Shown one piece after another: positions 62,882 through 64,000 of a DNA stretch of 64,000 nt (position 1 is the stretch's first letter; each line of letters begins with the position of its first letter). Under the pieces are notes generated by a model that saw only the letters and a list, made by a program, of their open reading frames with translations, was not told the DNA's origin and searched no databases. The stretch spans positions 186,001 through 250,000 of the forward strand of contig NMRA01000077.1 of assembly GCA_002633005.1 (NCBI GenBank), given 5' to 3'. The position numbers were made by a program, and so were the translations under genes. Source of the DNA: Phoronis australis (Eukaryota; Animalia; Phoronida).

Positions 62882-63384
62882 AGCGGAGATGGATCTTTTA
62901 TCGTAAATTCACAAGAGACCACAAACGTCCTATAAGTAGGTGAGCCGATTTTTTCTTTCAAAGCAATTAAAGCTATGTAATTGCTCTGTTTTTTGCACAC
63001 GCGCGCAATAGTTCTGGGTGAAAAGTATTGGAACGTTAGGACTAAACGGGGGTAAACAGCTAGTTAAAGCTCGGCAGCTATTAGGCAGCGATTATGATGT
63101 CTATTTCATTCCCCTTAACAAATTGATTCCAATCAATGACGTCAGCGCATATGCAGTGATATTTCCAGCTAAACTCGTTGTACCCATTTATACACTGAAC
63201 ACGCAATGCGTGATTCGCAGTTAAGGAAGCGGTAAGATACGTTATCAACAAGAGCTTCAGACAAAACGTTGGTAGCCGCCTGATATTTCGAGAATTCGAT
63301 TGACAGCGTTTACGTCAGGTTTACATGTCATGGCGACTTGTTGAATTAGCAGCACCTGAATCGTTTTGTGTTGACAGAAGTAAT

Positions 63385-64000
63385 ATGGCTGTCCAATTCA
63401 ACGGAACTTCGTCTTACTCCAGTGAGGTCAATACGACGGTGTTTATTGGCGTGCACACGGCGTTTTCTTACGTTTTCATCATCATCAATTCTACAGGATT
63501 AATTGCAAACGTGGTGTCAATAGCTATCTTGCTGTTGCTCAGATGCCGTAAAAATGCTGTGATATTTCTATCCAATCTAGCCGCAGCGGATTTAACCTTG
63601 TCTGCTGCCCAGTTATTCAAGAATTTGTATATAAATCCCTCTTTGAACATAGAAACCGACAAAGCAGTATACGATATATTACTCATTGTTGGTAACGGCT
63701 CAGTGTTGACGGTCATGTTCGCGTCGTCTGCATTGTCGGTGGATCGGCTCATCGCGGTGGTGCTGCCTCTGAGATACAACCAGATTATGACCAAGCGCCG
63801 GATCTACCTGATGGTGACGGTCTTGTGGTGTTTCTTCCTCGCTGCTTTCATCGTGACACCAACAGTGGTATATTTCGAAAATGAAGACGAATGTTGCGAA
63901 GACTACCTCAAGTACGTTCGTATCTGCATTAACACTATAACGGTGTCTGTGTGTCTTATTCTCATTTACATTTATTCGCACATATTTAGCGAGATAAGAC
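63385..64000 (+). CDS. Class A (rhodopsin-like) G protein-coupled receptor, N-terminus to TM5, continuing beyond the window
   Basis: Open frame MAVQFNGTSSYSSEVNTT (2 N-glycosylation sequons), TM1 GLIANVVSI, TM2 FLSNLAAADL, TM3 ALSVDRLIAVVLPLRY, TM4 W, TM5 ..LILIYIYSHIFSEIR. An acceptor TTGACAG lies 7 nt upstream of the ATG. Confidence 0.93.
   Translation, partial: MAVQFNGTSSYSSEVNTTVFIGVHTAFSYVFIIINSTGLIANVVSIAILLLLRCRKNAVIFLSNLAAADLTLSAAQLFKNLYINPSLNIETDKAVYDILLIVGNGSVLTVMFASSALSVDRLIAVVLPLRYNQIMTKRRIYLMVTVLWCFFLAAFIVTPTVVYFENEDECCEDYLKYVRICINTITVSVCLILIYIYSHIFSEIR

Noticed and set aside
63468-63981. Minus-strand ORFs of 108 aa and 93 aa
   Set aside because: Antisense shadows of the plus-strand GPCR coding sequence.

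Overview
This is eukaryotic, AT-rich, repeat-dense animal DNA. The repeat and gene types suggest a mollusc or other lophotrochozoan invertebrate (inference). It contains assembly gaps and no bacterial-type features. Two host genes are supported, and the ORF track recovers neither as a gene. (1) A minus-strand spliced gene for a secreted protein: signal peptide + PAN/apple domain (32837-32507), then three phase-compatible exons (11669-11473, 10697-10537, 9325-9147) encoding a Trp/Gly-rich domain I cannot name. (2) A plus-strand class A GPCR starting at 63385 and running off the window. The rest is mostly nested transposons: six copies of a ~1.24 kb Helentron-type non-autonomous element (HINE), including a head-to-tail trimer and a copy with three stacked 3' ends; a 5.8 kb foldback-like AcademX derivative plus two more Academ transposase fragments; two Kolobok derivatives; two P-like MITEs with 8 bp and 7 bp target-site duplications (TSDs); a decayed Gypsy gag-pol; an env-like remnant with an LTR; a solo LTR with a 5 bp TSD; Ingi-like (RNase H) and RTE LINE fragments; a Harbinger fragment; tRNA-derived SINEs; and minisatellites. 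All family assignments come from motif recognition by eye, not from database searches. I found no clear-cut new system. The best leads are the unnamed secreted protein and the HINE array with its inverted copies in that gene's long intron.
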